Assembly: GCA_000002445.1 (NCBI GenBank)
Contig: CP000070.1
Location: 1,824,001-1,888,000, forward strand
Source: Trypanosoma brucei
Lineage: Eukaryota
DNA length: 64,000 nucleotides
Direction of reading: 5' to 3'
The notes beneath the pieces were generated by a model, which was given only the letters and a program-made list of their open reading frames with translations, made no database searches and was not told where the DNA came from. Below are positions 40,609 through 52,708 of the stretch, in pieces; the first letter of the stretch is position 1; every line of letters begins with the position of its first letter. A program made the position numbers and the translations under genes.

Positions 40609-42795
40609 TCACAACCCCGGACATGCCACATTAAGCTTTTCGCTCAAATCTTTCAGAGCAGAGTGAACATCAACACGCAGTCCACTGAGCTTTGACCGTA
40701 GCTCCTTCAGCTGCATCTGCTGTTGTTGTATGGCACTGCTAATGCGCCCATCAAGCTGGTCGCAGCGGCTCTCCACAATGGTGTCAATCATCGACTGGTG
40801 GGCCGACATGAGCCGCCGCACGTGTTCTGCAAGCGGTTGCACAGCCTCTAAGTTGACGCGCTGAAGGCATCTCTCCTCGTAAGCGTCGGTAACACGTTGA
40901 ATGCGTCGCATAAGAACATCCAACAGATGCTTCTGTGAAGCGGTCCCTGTATCACCGGCGGCCTCTGCGGAGCTTGTCTGTGCAGGCGGAGGGTGCAACG
41001 GAAAGGAAGAACTGCTTTGATGTTGTTGTGGTTGGTTATCCTGAGGTTGTGGGGCGCTTGCTGCTGCCTCCGTCCCGGCTGGCGTCTCAAACTCTTCCAC
41101 AAAAACACTAGTGCGAAACTCATGCGACTTGAGGTGGGTAGACTCGGCAGCTGCAAGCGTGAGGCGCAGCTTCTCCTCTACCGCCGTACAGCGCTGGTGA
41201 TATTCACGCTTCATTGCCCTCATCTCCCGCTGCTGCGACTTCTGCCGCTCAACGAGCTCCGACACGCACACAGGAAAGCCGAATTCGTTTAAAACAGCTC
41301 GAACGACAGAGTGGACATGTTGCTTCAGCGCGACTTCATGCCTGTCGGGCGTGCAACCACCCAGAGTGGCAGTGCCGACTGAGGCTACGGTGTTGTCACC
41401 GCACTTTTCATCGACGGGAGAAGCGTTGGCTAGCGGACTGCAAAGGGTAGACCGGTGACGTTTCCCCGAAGCTTCGCCGCATTTAGCACCACCGACCCAC
41501 GTGGTGCGTGGCTGCTGCCGCACTACTCTATGTACCGTGTCAACGATATATTGCTGGAGCTCGGCTACAACCTCATTATACACTACGGGTGAACTTGCTT
41601 CACCTGAGCTGCCACCGTCACGCGCCCACGTGGGTTGTTGCCGCGCGAGATCATCCAACATTGATTGCTGTCGTTTCTGCTGTCGCTGAAGGTCATCCAC
41701 CCGTGCGTGAAGAGCATGCAAGTCCTCCCGAACAGCCCCGCATAAGTCTGCGAAACCGGAACGAAGTACCTCGATATGCTTCAAGATGCTACCGCTGTTA
41801 TCATTGTCGCTGGCGCTGCTGCTGACACTGGGGTTGTCCCCCACGCCGGCCTTCCCATCACCAGCGGGCTTCACTGAACACGGTGTCGAATCGACGACGT
41901 TGGTGAACTTTGCCGGCGTCGCGACGGCAGCACTGCAGAAATTACTTTGAGAGAACAAAGTGAGTCGCGAGCGGTCCCTTCCTGATGATGGCGGGTTTTC
42001 ATAACTACTGCTACTGCTGTTGTCATCGCCTTTGCGCGCCAACCGCACATCAGTGCTCGGAGCAACCGCCAATGCAACGCTGGTACTCTGCAATGGGGCC
42101 GACTCGCACTTCAGAAAAGCTACGCGAGGGCATCCGTCGTCTGGAAAATTTTCGCCACACTTAGAGTTCCCAGTGCGGTTACCATCATCGGAAACAAAAG
42201 CAGAGGCGCCACACTTCTCTCTACGAACTGCCTCGCGGAGCTGTTCCAACATGCCCTTCAGGTCCTCACTCAACACCGTTGATTGAGAGCGCATGGTTTC
42301 CACATCAAGTTCCCGCCGCACTTTCGGCTGCCGCTCCTTCGCGGCATACCCTTGGTGCGCTGCAGCCCCCTGCCTCCGTAGCAACTGATCACGACGGGGA
42401 AGTGGCTCCGCAACGCGTTCGGTTTGATTCCGTCGCGGACCAGAACTGGGCTCACTCTTGGAAGGGCTACAATGAGGGGTGCTCGCTTTGCGAAGCAGCG
42501 AACAGACCGTACCACGATCCACTCCGATGGCTGGTGAGACGTTCCGCGACACTGATTGTGTTTGAAAATGGCGATCCAAAAATCCTCGGGACTGGCGGTT
42601 CTCTCTACTCCTTCCCCCTACCCAAGCTTTGCCGTCGCTATTCCTGCTTGAGTGTCTGCTCGTTACCGCGGACCAGCGAATTTCCGCCGCTGCAGGTGAC
42701 GGACGGCGGTTGGTCGCGCCACCCGTGGCGTTCCCCTCGTCACCATGATGGTGTGGTACGTCCAATCTACGGCAAATATCACAGTAGGAGCTCAT
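40609..42795 (-). CDS. Hypothetical protein (728 aa from the first ATG) with coiled-coil segments and a Q/S-rich low-complexity region
   Basis: The track start at 42801 is TTG. The first ATG is plus 42793-42795 (MSSYCDICRRL...). It is a long complex ORF in array orientation. The C-terminus (IQQQQMQLKELRSKLSGLRVDVHSALKDLSEKL) is coiled-coil-like. The antisense plus ORF 42279..42830 is shorter and is rejected. Confidence 0.65.
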   Translation of the reverse strand: MSSYCDICRRLDVPHHHGDEGNATGGATNRRPSPAAAEIRWSAVTSRHSSRNSDGKAWVGGRSRENRQSRGFLDRHFQTQSVSRNVSPAIGVDRGTVCSLLRKASTPHCSPSKSEPSSGPRRNQTERVAEPLPRRDQLLRRQGAAAHQGYAAKERQPKVRRELDVETMRSQSTVLSEDLKGMLEQLREAVRREKCGASAFVSDDGNRTGNSKCGENFPDDGCPRVAFLKCESAPLQSTSVALAVAPSTDVRLARKGDDNSSSSSYENPPSSGRDRSRLTLFSQSNFCSAAVATPAKFTNVVDSTPCSVKPAGDGKAGVGDNPSVSSSASDNDNSGSILKHIEVLRSGFADLCGAVREDLHALHARVDDLQRQQKRQQSMLDDLARQQPTWARDGGSSGEASSPVVYNEVVAELQQYIVDTVHRVVRQQPRTTWVGGAKCGEASGKRHRSTLCSPLANASPVDEKCGDNTVASVGTATLGGCTPDRHEVALKQHVHSVVRAVLNEFGFPVCVSELVERQKSQQREMRAMKREYHQRCTAVEEKLRLTLAAAESTHLKSHEFRTSVFVEEFETPAGTEAAASAPQPQDNQPQQHQSSSSFPLHPPPAQTSSAEAAGDTGTASQKHLLDVLMRRIQRVTDAYEERCLQRVNLEAVQPLAEHVRRLMSAHQSMIDTIVESRCDQLDGRISSAIQQQQMQLKELRSKLSGLRVDVHSALKDLSEKLNVACPGL

Positions 42796-43620
42796 CACCA
42801 AAAAGGGAAAGGGTGGAAGTCGCGCGGTAAGCGTACTTCAACCTCTCCCCTTCCCTCCTTCCACCCTATGGGCCTTAGATTTTTTCGTGTGTGTGGCTTT
42901 ACTTTCGTCTGTGGAGAGAGGATCTATGCGGCTGCAACTCCCCCTTCAAAGGAGGGTGGGAAACAGGAGCAGAAAAACCCACCCGCACGCACGCACGCAC
43001 AACTGTCGTTGTCCCCTGGCTGCGGACTACCGCTGGGCTCCTGCGGTAGTCCAGCAACAGTGAAAAAGTGGGGAGACATATGTATGCTAGCAAAGTGAAA
43101 TACCAGTTTGAGGAACGACGGCCAGACACAATAATGATGGTAACTGAGAAGGACAAAGACATAGGATATGGGCACAGCACGAGCTGCTGTTCCGAACATA
43201 CAACGGCGCAAAGCGATGGCCCCCACAGCGAGGTTTACTCTTATAGGCCTCTTCCCCTCCTCGGCTCAGAGAGTCAGCGTATTACCACATACAGAGTTAC
43301 ACCGAGTGAAATGGGTGAAACCTGAATTACACATTAGGCAATCACAGCATCACCAATCATCCCCAACTCCGGGCACCGCGAGCGCCGACAGCCACGCAAG
43401 TGGAAGTTACAGCGATCTCGAATGGCATACATACACACTACCTCAGTCAGCCTCATTGCAACCCCCCCCCCCAATGGACAGTTATTAGGTGCCTAACTCA
43501 CTTCCTCTGATGTTATCGAATGTCTTCCAGCTCCACCCGTACCGGAATCCCTTCGAACATTCGTCCAAGAGTACACAGGTGCAAAGGATCCAATGCGGGC
43601 ACACCGTAGGAACTACACCT

Positions 43621-46600
43621 TCACTCTGCAAATATGGCTCTGCTAAGCAGCTGCTTTTCGCGGGATAACGCCCCCAAAGTATTCTGTTCCAACGCCAGCG
43701 CCTCGCGCTGTAGCGCATCCAGCGCTTTGCTTACCTTTGTTTCCTGCTGACCCAGCTCCTCCCACACGTTCCGTAGTGCGCGCCCCTCAATGCTGCTGTT
43801 GCACAGAATTTCACTATCCCTGTTAACACTCTGACAGGTGTCCCCATTGCATACCGAAACCGCACAACTTGACAAGGACTGTACACATGAGTCCCGCACA
43901 GCTTCCTTAGCCACATAAAGAGCCCTTAGCGCGCCGTCCCTCGCCGCCGTAACCGCTTCGCGGAAGGCGCGCAAGTCAGCGCAAATGTCACCACTTTCGT
44001 TGCTTGTGATGCTCAACTCCCCCCATCGGCACAGGTGTGTCCGCGTTCCAATGTTGACCCCCTCCGGCCACTTCGAACTAGCGCATGATTCTCTTAGTTG
44101 TGTTGGGGTCACTTTTTTCTCCCTCACCACGTCTGCAGAACTGGGGGCAACCTTTGTGGCTCGCGCGAGAACGTCGAGTAGGTGCGCAGAGGCGGAGGAG
44201 TCATCACTTGCAGCAGTAGAATGTCCCTCCTGCGACGCCCAGCGGACCATTCCAGCTCCATTAGTGGTAATAATTTCGTTATAACACTTGGGGTTGACGG
44301 TGACTGTATCCCCTGCAGAAGTGCACGTACCGGCAAGGAGCGACCCCGCCGTGGGATCCCCACGTCCCGCAGCCCGATGTTGTGGTTCTTTGGTCTCCGC
44401 CGCCAAGTCACTCAATGTAATTTCTCCTCTGTGCTCTAATGTTTGCACACCGACAGACTGTTTCTCAACACTCCGCGTGGCAACTACAGGGTCTGCGTTT
44501 GTCCCAGATGCCCTAACAATGTGTCGCGGGGTGCCAGCAAGGGCACTACCACTAGCAGGGGCACTTCCAGCAGGCGGAGTAGCCGTAGTGTCGTTTTGTC
44601 CCCGCAGCAAATTCAACTGTGTACGGAGCTCGTTGTTCTCGCGCTCCAGTCTCTGTAACCGCTGTTCAAGAAAACTATTCCTTTCTGCAGCAGCGAGCAG
44701 TTTCTCTTGTTGATGCTCATGTTGCCTCACTTCGCTAAGCATTAAACCGCCGGAGTGAAACAGCGCACTGAGATTGGATATCGCACGCCGCTGTTGACGC
44801 AGTTGCTCCCTGTAGTGCTGTGAAACTTCCTGCAGTTGTGCTAGGGGATGTTCCAATAAACGCTGGAGAACGTGCGCAACACCCTCCAACTCGTGCTGGG
44901 AAACAAATGATGGATCCCCACTCACAGGCACGCGTGAAATGTCTGGGCAGTCCGTTGCATACGTAGAGGACACCAGCATGGGGTTCGGATGTTCTGTTCC
45001 CTTGCTCGATGGCGTTGACGCGCACACAGCGTCAGGATGAGACACTGTAACTGGAGAGTGCCCTTTCAACCCATGTGGTGAGCCAACCGGATGCGCGAGG
45101 TCTTCTGCCTGTCCTTGCGGCCGCTGCGACCGAGAATTGGGAGTAGATTGCACGTCGACAACGTTAGCCTGAAGGAAGGCGCCACAGTTAGCGCGAGGCA
45201 AAGAAGGCAAATGTTGCCTAGGTGCGGTTGCGATACGATCAGCACATGATGAACCCGCAGGGGCCTCAGATGCCAAGACAGGGGATATTAGACGAGACCT
45301 AAGCCTAGACGAGGCAGGGTCACCGCATCGTGAAATATCGTTAGGAGTCGTTACCTTCGGGCTGCAACAGTCAACGTTGTAGTTGCTAAGCCCGCGAACA
45401 ACACTAAACTGCAGAACGCCACGTTGCTTGAAAGGAACAGCGAATATGTTAATTACCCGCTCGGCAGCACGTAGGTTCTCTTGTCGTCGCTGGCGACGCA
45501 ACTCCTCGACAAGATCGGCGTTCTCGGCATCACCACATTCTGAAACTGCAGCCGCAGCCCTCAAAACTTCCTTATTGATGACGTCGAAGGATGTGCCACG
45601 CCTCAGCGCGCCCATCCACAGAACAGAAGAGCAAGAGTGCTGCACACATGCTTCGATCATCGCCGATACACTGTCTAACCCAGAAAATAACAGGTTTTGG
45701 TTATTTTGACCTCTACATTGAAATAGGCTCTGCTGTGCGGTAGATGTGAGTGGCACGACATCAGATATGTGCCGCGGCAGCGTCCGTACCGTCTCTGCTT
45801 CATCCGCCATGCTTTCCGCAATGATTGACATTAAACCAGTATGTAAACCACCACTCCATATCATAAGCTGTGCCGTCCGGAGAAGCGACATGTGAACAGA
45901 GCGCGCCAGACAAAAGTGAGTGCTATTGCGGTCGTACGAGAACGGCGGGGGCCCGCAGAGATCCCATAACCTCCATATGCTAACGGCATCACATCCGCTA
46001 GCGCCGCGACTACGGATAAGAAGCGTCACGAGTACGTGCGAATTTGAGCCAACCACTGGGCTCAGCACTGCGTCGGGAGACCCTAAGTCGAAATCCCCGA
46101 TGACGCAGCCCTGAGACCTGAGCGTTGTCTCTGATGGCTGTTCTGGGCTTCTGTCCACGGGCCTCCACGCAAGCGAAGAGCTAAATGCCTCATGTAAGGT
46201 CACTTGAACCTCGTGCACACTGCTGCACAGCACGTAGCGCGCCGCGGGGATGTCAGCGTAGTCCTCCATGAAGCACCTGGTGGGTGAAGAAGCATCAGGA
46301 GCACGGGCTAGCAAATCTACGGCCTCCGACTGCGGCAGCACATCGTCACCCCGTGACGAACCACAGCAACCAGTGGAATTAGGTACTGGTCCCCGCTTCA
46401 TATTCCCGTGGTTGGGACGTCCCAACGGCTCAGCAGTCGCGGTACCGGACGTTGGGGCCACCAAACGCCACTCCACAACGCTGACAGCTGCAACTGGTGA
46501 GTGATACTCTGCAGGGTCATGTGGAACAGCAAACAATTGCTGCAGCACTAAAGGGAATAGCCCAACAGCACTAGTCGAAACATTTGGTCTTGAGGAAAGG

Positions 46601-47025
46601 GAAGAGCCGAAGAGCTGCGTTGTCTTCCCACTTCCTGACGGACCGTGAGCGAGGGTGAGCAGTTCAACTCCGTTACAGTCCAGCAGGGTGCTTGCTACAC
46701 AATTTGCTAAAGCCTCAACATACGCGGTGTAAGAAAGTGTACATCCTTCGCCGTCCCCCGCGGTGACGAATGAAGTACGCACACCTAACACCGTCGGAGG
46801 TTTGCACTTTTGATTCCCCCTTTGTTGGGGTATATCACTACAACATACACTCGCCCACGCATCTTGCAGTGGCATCCCTAAACCCCCCGGAATGCCCCTC
46901 TCCCCGTCACGGTGGAGCACGTGCACACCGCCAGCCTCACTCTTTTCTTGCGTTTGGTTGCTTCCCTGAGAAAGGCTCAAAGCAACTGTCACGCGATGGT
47001 TGCTTCGGCCTCCGGACTGGTACAT
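43621..47025 (-). CDS. P-loop NTPase (Walker A GPSGSGKTT) with a C-terminal coiled coil; possibly a divergent kinesin-like or SMC-like protein. About 1134 aa from the proposed start
   Basis: The track ORF (to 47331) has about 102 N-terminal codons that read through a purine-rich (plus) stretch. That stretch is the pyrimidine tract and UTR on the minus strand (MLCDGIAVLLLLLCTDWKHLSLS..., which is not protein-like). An in-frame ATG at plus 47023-47025 (MYQSGGRSNHRV...) follows that tract. The Walker A reads LLTLAHGPSGSGKTTQLFG. A long C-terminal coiled coil follows (LQEVSQHYREQLRQQRRAISNL...LQRLERENNELRTQLNLLRGQ). Kinesin switch motifs were not convincingly found, so the family call is weak. 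Confidence 0.6.
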   Translation of the reverse strand: MYQSGGRSNHRVTVALSLSQGSNQTQEKSEAGGVHVLHRDGERGIPGGLGMPLQDAWASVCCSDIPQQRGNQKCKPPTVLGVRTSFVTAGDGEGCTLSYTAYVEALANCVASTLLDCNGVELLTLAHGPSGSGKTTQLFGSSLSSRPNVSTSAVGLFPLVLQQLFAVPHDPAEYHSPVAAVSVVEWRLVAPTSGTATAEPLGRPNHGNMKRGPVPNSTGCCGSSRGDDVLPQSEAVDLLARAPDASSPTRCFMEDYADIPAARYVLCSSVHEVQVTLHEAFSSSLAWRPVDRSPEQPSETTLRSQGCVIGDFDLGSPDAVLSPVVGSNSHVLVTLLIRSRGASGCDAVSIWRLWDLCGPPPFSYDRNSTHFCLARSVHMSLLRTAQLMIWSGGLHTGLMSIIAESMADEAETVRTLPRHISDVVPLTSTAQQSLFQCRGQNNQNLLFSGLDSVSAMIEACVQHSCSSVLWMGALRRGTSFDVINKEVLRAAAAVSECGDAENADLVEELRRQRRQENLRAAERVINIFAVPFKQRGVLQFSVVRGLSNYNVDCCSPKVTTPNDISRCGDPASSRLRSRLISPVLASEAPAGSSCADRIATAPRQHLPSLPRANCGAFLQANVVDVQSTPNSRSQRPQGQAEDLAHPVGSPHGLKGHSPVTVSHPDAVCASTPSSKGTEHPNPMLVSSTYATDCPDISRVPVSGDPSFVSQHELEGVAHVLQRLLEHPLAQLQEVSQHYREQLRQQRRAISNLSALFHSGGLMLSEVRQHEHQQEKLLAAAERNSFLEQRLQRLERENNELRTQLNLLRGQNDTTATPPAGSAPASGSALAGTPRHIVRASGTNADPVVATRSVEKQSVGVQTLEHRGEITLSDLAAETKEPQHRAAGRGDPTAGSLLAGTCTSAGDTVTVNPKCYNEIITTNGAGMVRWASQEGHSTAASDDSSASAHLLDVLARATKVAPSSADVVREKKVTPTQLRESCASSKWPEGVNIGTRTHLCRWGELSITSNESGDICADLRAFREAVTAARDGALRALYVAKEAVRDSCVQSLSSCAVSVCNGDTCQSVNRDSEILCNSSIEGRALRNVWEELGQQETKVSKALDALQREALALEQNTLGALSREKQLLSRAIFAE

Positions 47026-49148
47026 TGTCCACCCGCCAACGGGCGCAGCGAGGTGCAGAGAAGACAGGGAAAGTCTGGGGCCTAAGTGAAAAACGAGACA
47101 CACAGGAAAGGAAGCACACAATAGAGAGTGGAGAAAAAACAAAGGAAATAAACACCGCACATACAAGCGGACGGCAGAGCCGGTTGAAAACACAGAACAG
47201 AGAGACACGCATGCCGCAACCCACAGCAGGCCCTCTCTTGTTTGGTTTCCAGTAGTGCGATTACTCAAACTCAAGTGCTTCCAATCAGTACAAAGCAACA
47301 GCAACAATACAGCGATACCATCACAGAGCATTCTTCACGTAACTGTACGTCCATGCGCGACACGGCGCGAGGCAAAGCATCAACTCGGTTTCCCCAAACA
47401 CCAGGCTCGCGCTGTAGGCTAACACAATGACGACAGGGAGTGGAATACCGGCCGTCGCGGTAACGACGACCACTCCCCACAACCGAAGTGGCGGCACCAA
47501 CGTTGTAACATTCTGACTGCAGCTGATATGTCTCCATCACAACGCATTGGAAAATCTCTCGAGTGCTCAACACGAGGTACCTAGCACTTACTGTGAGCAA
47601 ACTGCAGCGACTTATTTTATCGATGAGGGTTACCGGTTTCCCCTGGATTGACATTTTCTCTCCTCTGTTCCACGCACACACAGCATCATGTGTCCAGTAA
47701 AAGGATCGAAACCCACACCTCTAACGAAAATGCTGCTGCCGCCCCCAGCCCCCCCTTGCAGAATGGTCCCGAACGAAGCCGATGTTCAGCCGGTTTGGCT
47801 ATGCACGGATGCCAGTGAAGCTGCTGAGCTGCCGCACCTCACGGTCGCTGTCGGCATCAGAGCCGTGCAGGATCACTGCGCTAAACCCAAAAGTGCGATT
47901 GGCGACGGTTTTTTTGGACCCATAGGATTCGTAGTGAGTAAGCAAACAGGTCTCAACGGACATTTACGAATTATCAATCCGCAAAGGCCCCATGCCACAC
48001 GTAACACATACACACACAAACAAGCACGGGAAAAAATTACTTGACCGACTAACCTGCTCCGAGCGCAAGCCGGTTAATGCGGCGCGCATCCTAGCACAGC
48101 GAAACTGCTCGCATGAGAGGCAAAATAGTTGTAACCCTCCACCGCGTCACGTGGAGTTGTTCCTTTTCGTGTCATTCCTTCATATTACTCATTTTTGGCG
48201 GCCTGGCGCTCTTGGTCGCTGGTACCGCAGCCCCGACATGGATTTCTTTTTACCATAAGTGTAGTGCAGTACCAAAGTAAAAAAGTGAAAATAGGGAAAG
48301 TTTTCTCAGTACACCTAAATACACAAAGAAATGTACGTCATCCTAACCTATCGGCAACAGGTATGTTCGCTATACAAGTGCGCGATTGCGTTTGTGCGCA
48401 CATATAAATACAAGTGAAGTTACCACTGACAGCGCGGAGCAGTGCAGGTAAATCCCTCGATGTATATGTACTTGAACGAAAAAACTATATCCCCCATTTC
48501 TGATAGCCCGTAGTGCAGTAACTTACTGCGATGGTCTTTTCCCCTCAGCCCCATTAATACCTTCCTCCCTTCTTTTTACCCCTGTCATCACCATCCTTCA
48601 TTGTCACACACACACCGTGTTCAACCCAAGGGGTTATTGAAATTAATAAGCAACGTAAGTGTGCGCACTGCAAATGCTAAAAACAAACGGCTCGCACAAT
48701 TTACGTACAGTATGTCTCGAGCTCCCTTTCGCTACTCCGTACCCTTCCCCCACACATTCCCAAAAGAAAACAAAAATACACACACCATACATGTGTTCCT
48801 TCACCACCCTTCTTTTTCCTATGGTACCGTGCTTTTATCCGGGTCTTCGTTTACTCCACCTCCCCCCCCCTCCTCCCCTTGATCTCCTAAAAAGCAGAAG
48901 AAAGAAAAAAAAGAAACGAGTGCGGGTGCCACCACCATATCACAATCACCTTCACTATGCTCATTTATGAGTAAGCATCCCTTATTCTCATCGTCGTCAC
49001 GCAGAAGGTGGCGTCCTCTAATTAGCTTCGTCTATTTCTCGCCATCGTCTTCGTTTTCACCTTCCCTTCACCCTCCTCGTTCATTCGCACACGAGCACAC
49101 AACGCCCCCTTGCCACGCTCGTATTGTAAGAATCCCCTCTCAGAGCTT

Positions 49149-49442
49149 CTACTGAGGTGGCTTCCACGGGTTGGCCGTGTTGGCTGTCTTTTCAACGAGC
49201 AGCTCCACGTACTTTTTCATTGCATCCTCCTTTGACATATCGCTGATGGCCTTACGGGCATCCCATTTGGACCGCTTCTCCAACTGTACAGCCCATGGCT
49301 GAGGATCCGTCACGGGGCCCTCCGTCGCTTGCTTAAACAGCGCGTAGAATTGTAACTTTTCCGCATCTGTCAGCTGAACCGGGCCGTCCTTTGGGAGCGA
49401 GCGAACGAACTCTGTGGCAGCTTCAAACTGGGCAGAACTCAT
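49149..49442 (-). CDS. ACBP: Acyl-CoA-binding protein (ACBP/DBI family), 97 aa
   Basis: ATG verified (plus 49440-49442). MSSAQFEAATEFVRSLPKDGPVQLTDAEKLQFYALFKQATEGPV...KWDAR...EDAMKKYVELL matches the ACBP signature (the LxFYALYKQAT core and the KW/DAW acyl-CoA contact residues). The size is typical. Confidence 0.9.
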   Translation of the reverse strand: MSSAQFEAATEFVRSLPKDGPVQLTDAEKLQFYALFKQATEGPVTDPQPWAVQLEKRSKWDARKAISDMSKEDAMKKYVELLVEKTANTANPWKPPQ

Positions 49443-51319
49443 ATGTACCGGAACGATGTTGTGAATTACCGTTTACAACGTAAATAAACAAATGTATAAG
49501 CTGAATTGTGCTTTCGGCCACTACTCGTCAAACGGTATCGGTATTACCTTCCGGAGTGCGATATATATCCTTATTTATTTTTTTTTTGCTCCTTTGTCGT
49601 TTGGACAGTTTATTTTTTAAAAAAACGAATGTCAAAAAGGAATGTACGAGCGATACAGCACCAGTATGATGCAATGAGAATGAAATGCATATATATATAT
49701 ATATATATGCGTGACAGCAATTTCAATGACAAGTGAAACGGTGGATCAATAAAATCGGATTCAAACTCCTGAAGAAGGGAGTTGAAGGAGTTTGGCGCAA
49801 CGCCCATCAGGAATACACGAAGCGAGTGAAGGAGCAAACAAAGAAAAAAACAGGAGCGAGTTTGTGGGAAATTTTGAAAACACAAGAGAATCAGCAAAAT
49901 GGAGTGGTGCTACACAAATGAATCGGGACCAAGAGAAATGTGAGAAAAAAAAGCAAATAACAGAACAAAAATTCAAGGAAAAGCAGCTCCCAGTTGTTTT
50001 TGTTTCGGTTATTTGTCGTTGTTTTATTTCATTACGCACCTCGCCTACTCTTCTCCCCCATACCCTCCCCTTTTTTTCTTTCTCCCCCTTTTGGTTCCCA
50101 GCCACTTTTTCACAAATTAATTTATAGGCTATTTAATTTAAACATAATTTGATTCTGAAAGTGGACAACAAAAAAAATTAAACAAACAAACAAGCAAATA
50201 GATCAATCAACAAATAACTTAATGAAACAATGGAGCAAAGCAAATAACAAAAGCGGCGGGAAATTAAAGTTACCCCATGGTGGTAGCGAGCACATGCGTG
50301 ATATATACATATATATATATATACCTATTCATTTGCTTACATTATTCACATATTACTTCATTTAAACATAGAAAAATAAATGAAGTTATGTATACACACA
50401 TTTTTAAAGGCAAAAATAAATAAAACGGGGATGGGGATAGGGGATCAAGGAGTTGTGGGGTCGGCTTTATGAATCACACTCAAGAAGGCACACACAAATA
50501 ATAATATGGAACAAGAGAGAAAAGGAACATAGCAGGAGAGGGGGAAGTAAATATAAAGCAAAATAAATGAATGGTTTTTTATTATTTTCCTATTTTCAAC
50601 GGAACCTAACATCACCACATACGCACACGCTCCACGCTTTTGCTCTGAGTTAAAAAAGACGCAAACGCATGTCCTCTTCTCGTCTTCCTCACAATTACAC
50701 ACTTATGTCACATTTCAAACTTTATCCATTCGAGAATTTGTCATGTTCCCCTTTTATGATATAAACTGATCCGCTACCCGCTTCCTTCACAATTAAATAA
50801 ATATATATATATGTGTGTGTGTATGTGTATGTGTACGCGTATGTATCCTTCCCCTTATTGTCGTCGCCATCATATTTTCTCTACTTTGTCTTGTTTCCTA
50901 CGTTTCCTCCTCCCTAATCATCATCATCATGACGATGAACGAGAGGAGAATTCATCTACACTTATATCACACAGACACACACACACACACATACACACAG
51001 AGGCACACGAACAAATATATGTGTACCTGAATGTACATAAATACAAATATGTGAACACGCAACGTTACGAGCATATGAGTGTATAAGTAAGGCACAAGCT
51101 CACCAATTCACCACACATTTTCCCACCATCAGTTACAGTTTCCTCACACATATCCTTCTTTAATCTAGTTTCGCCTCTCCAGCTTCCTTTCCTCTCTGAT
51201 TATCCCTCCCTCTCTTTTCTTCTCAGCCCCCTCCAACTACTGCCCCTCAATACGCGCACACACATATATACAGATAAACATGTAAATATGTACATCAAAA
51301 AATTAGAACACATTATATA

Positions 51320-51367
51320 AATGTATATATATATAGAGAGAGAGATAGATAGAGATGCATATATATG

Positions 51368-51390
<23 letters not shown>
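51320..51390. repeat. TA-rich microsatellite block, including (TA)n and (GA)n
   Basis: atatatatatagagagagagatagatagagatgcatatatatgtatatatatatatatatata read directly. Confidence 0.7.
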
Positions 51391-51399
<9 letters not shown>

Positions 51400-52708
51400 C
51401 ATTTCGTTTACACGTCTACTGGCGCGGGTGAGCGCCGGTTATCGCTTCATTCGGACTCGCACACCCCAGAAAAGAAAAGAAACATGAACGGTGCCTTCCC
51501 TCCCTATTTTCCAACCAAAATCCTCAACAATATTATCATTATCATTTCTCGTTTGTTTACACTTCCCATTATCTGTTGGTATCACCCTTTACACTATTGC
51601 TTTACCAGTATTCCCTCACCTTCACCCTTCACAGACATATAATACGCATATCTTTCCGAAAAGGAAGAGCTTGCCCCCGCTCGTTCACCGACCAAGTGCG
51701 GCTTTTCTTTCACTTTCGTCCATTTTTTTTTTGATAGTTATTTTGGTTCGGCTCCGTTTACAAAAAAAGTTGGAAAAAGAGAGAGACAGAAGGTAGGAAG
51801 TGACCCCCTCTTCTCTTCCCTTGAGTGACTGGTTGGGTTATGAAGACAGTACACTGGAGGCGAATAAATAGATAAACGAAAGTTCCCATCAAAAAAAAAA
51901 AGTGTCAAATTCGATCCCACATGCGGACAGAGAGGATAGAGAGAGTGGCACAGGTTTTTTAAAAAATAGTAACAATAATGGTAATTGTGATGGTAATGAT
52001 GATGGTAATGGTAATGATAACAATAATAACCACAAACGAGGCAAATGGGCGTGATATAACAATGAAAGGGATAACAAAAATAAACTGAAAGTAAAACAGG
52101 TGAACAGGGGAGGACATAAATGGGTGGAGGTCAAAACGTTAATGAACCACACCGAAAAAATGTAAAAAAAATCCTTGAGAGAACCGATCACACAAATGTG
52201 ACACAGCACAAAGTTACTCTTCCCCTTTAGCCACGCGCTCCGCTGGGGACATGCCGCTGTATTTTGTTTAGTTTTGGCTCCTCGTTGCTTGTTTTCTTTT
52301 TTTCCTGTCTTTTTCCCCTCCCACATGCACCGCCGAAACTGACTACCAACCCAAAGGGAGAAGAGAGTTGAATATAAAAGAAATACTTCCCCTGTTCGAA
52401 GCAGGGAAAATGGTAAATCGTCATCATTATCTTCTATTTTCATTTAGTACCCACATCCCCCCTTTTTCTATCTTCTCGCTCATCATTTCGCTTCCTTCCT
52501 ACTTATACCCTCGTCGCTGCTCTACACTGCGTTGCGCCACTTCCAGTGAGCATGACATCAAAACACACAACATAGCCAAATCCTCGTACCACCATGCCAT
52601 CAGCTCTCTATATGTATAGATGTGCGTGTATGCGATGCAAACACATTCTGCCTACTGCAGGCGAATACCGCCATCCAAAAACTCCTCTCAAACATTTCCA
52701 CTTTGCTG

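Noticed and set aside
47670-47760. tRNA-like T-loop motif ggatcgaaaccc in the ACBP / kinesin-like intergenic region
   Set aside because: No complementary T-stem, acceptor stem or anticodon arm can be drawn on either strand. This is an isolated motif only.
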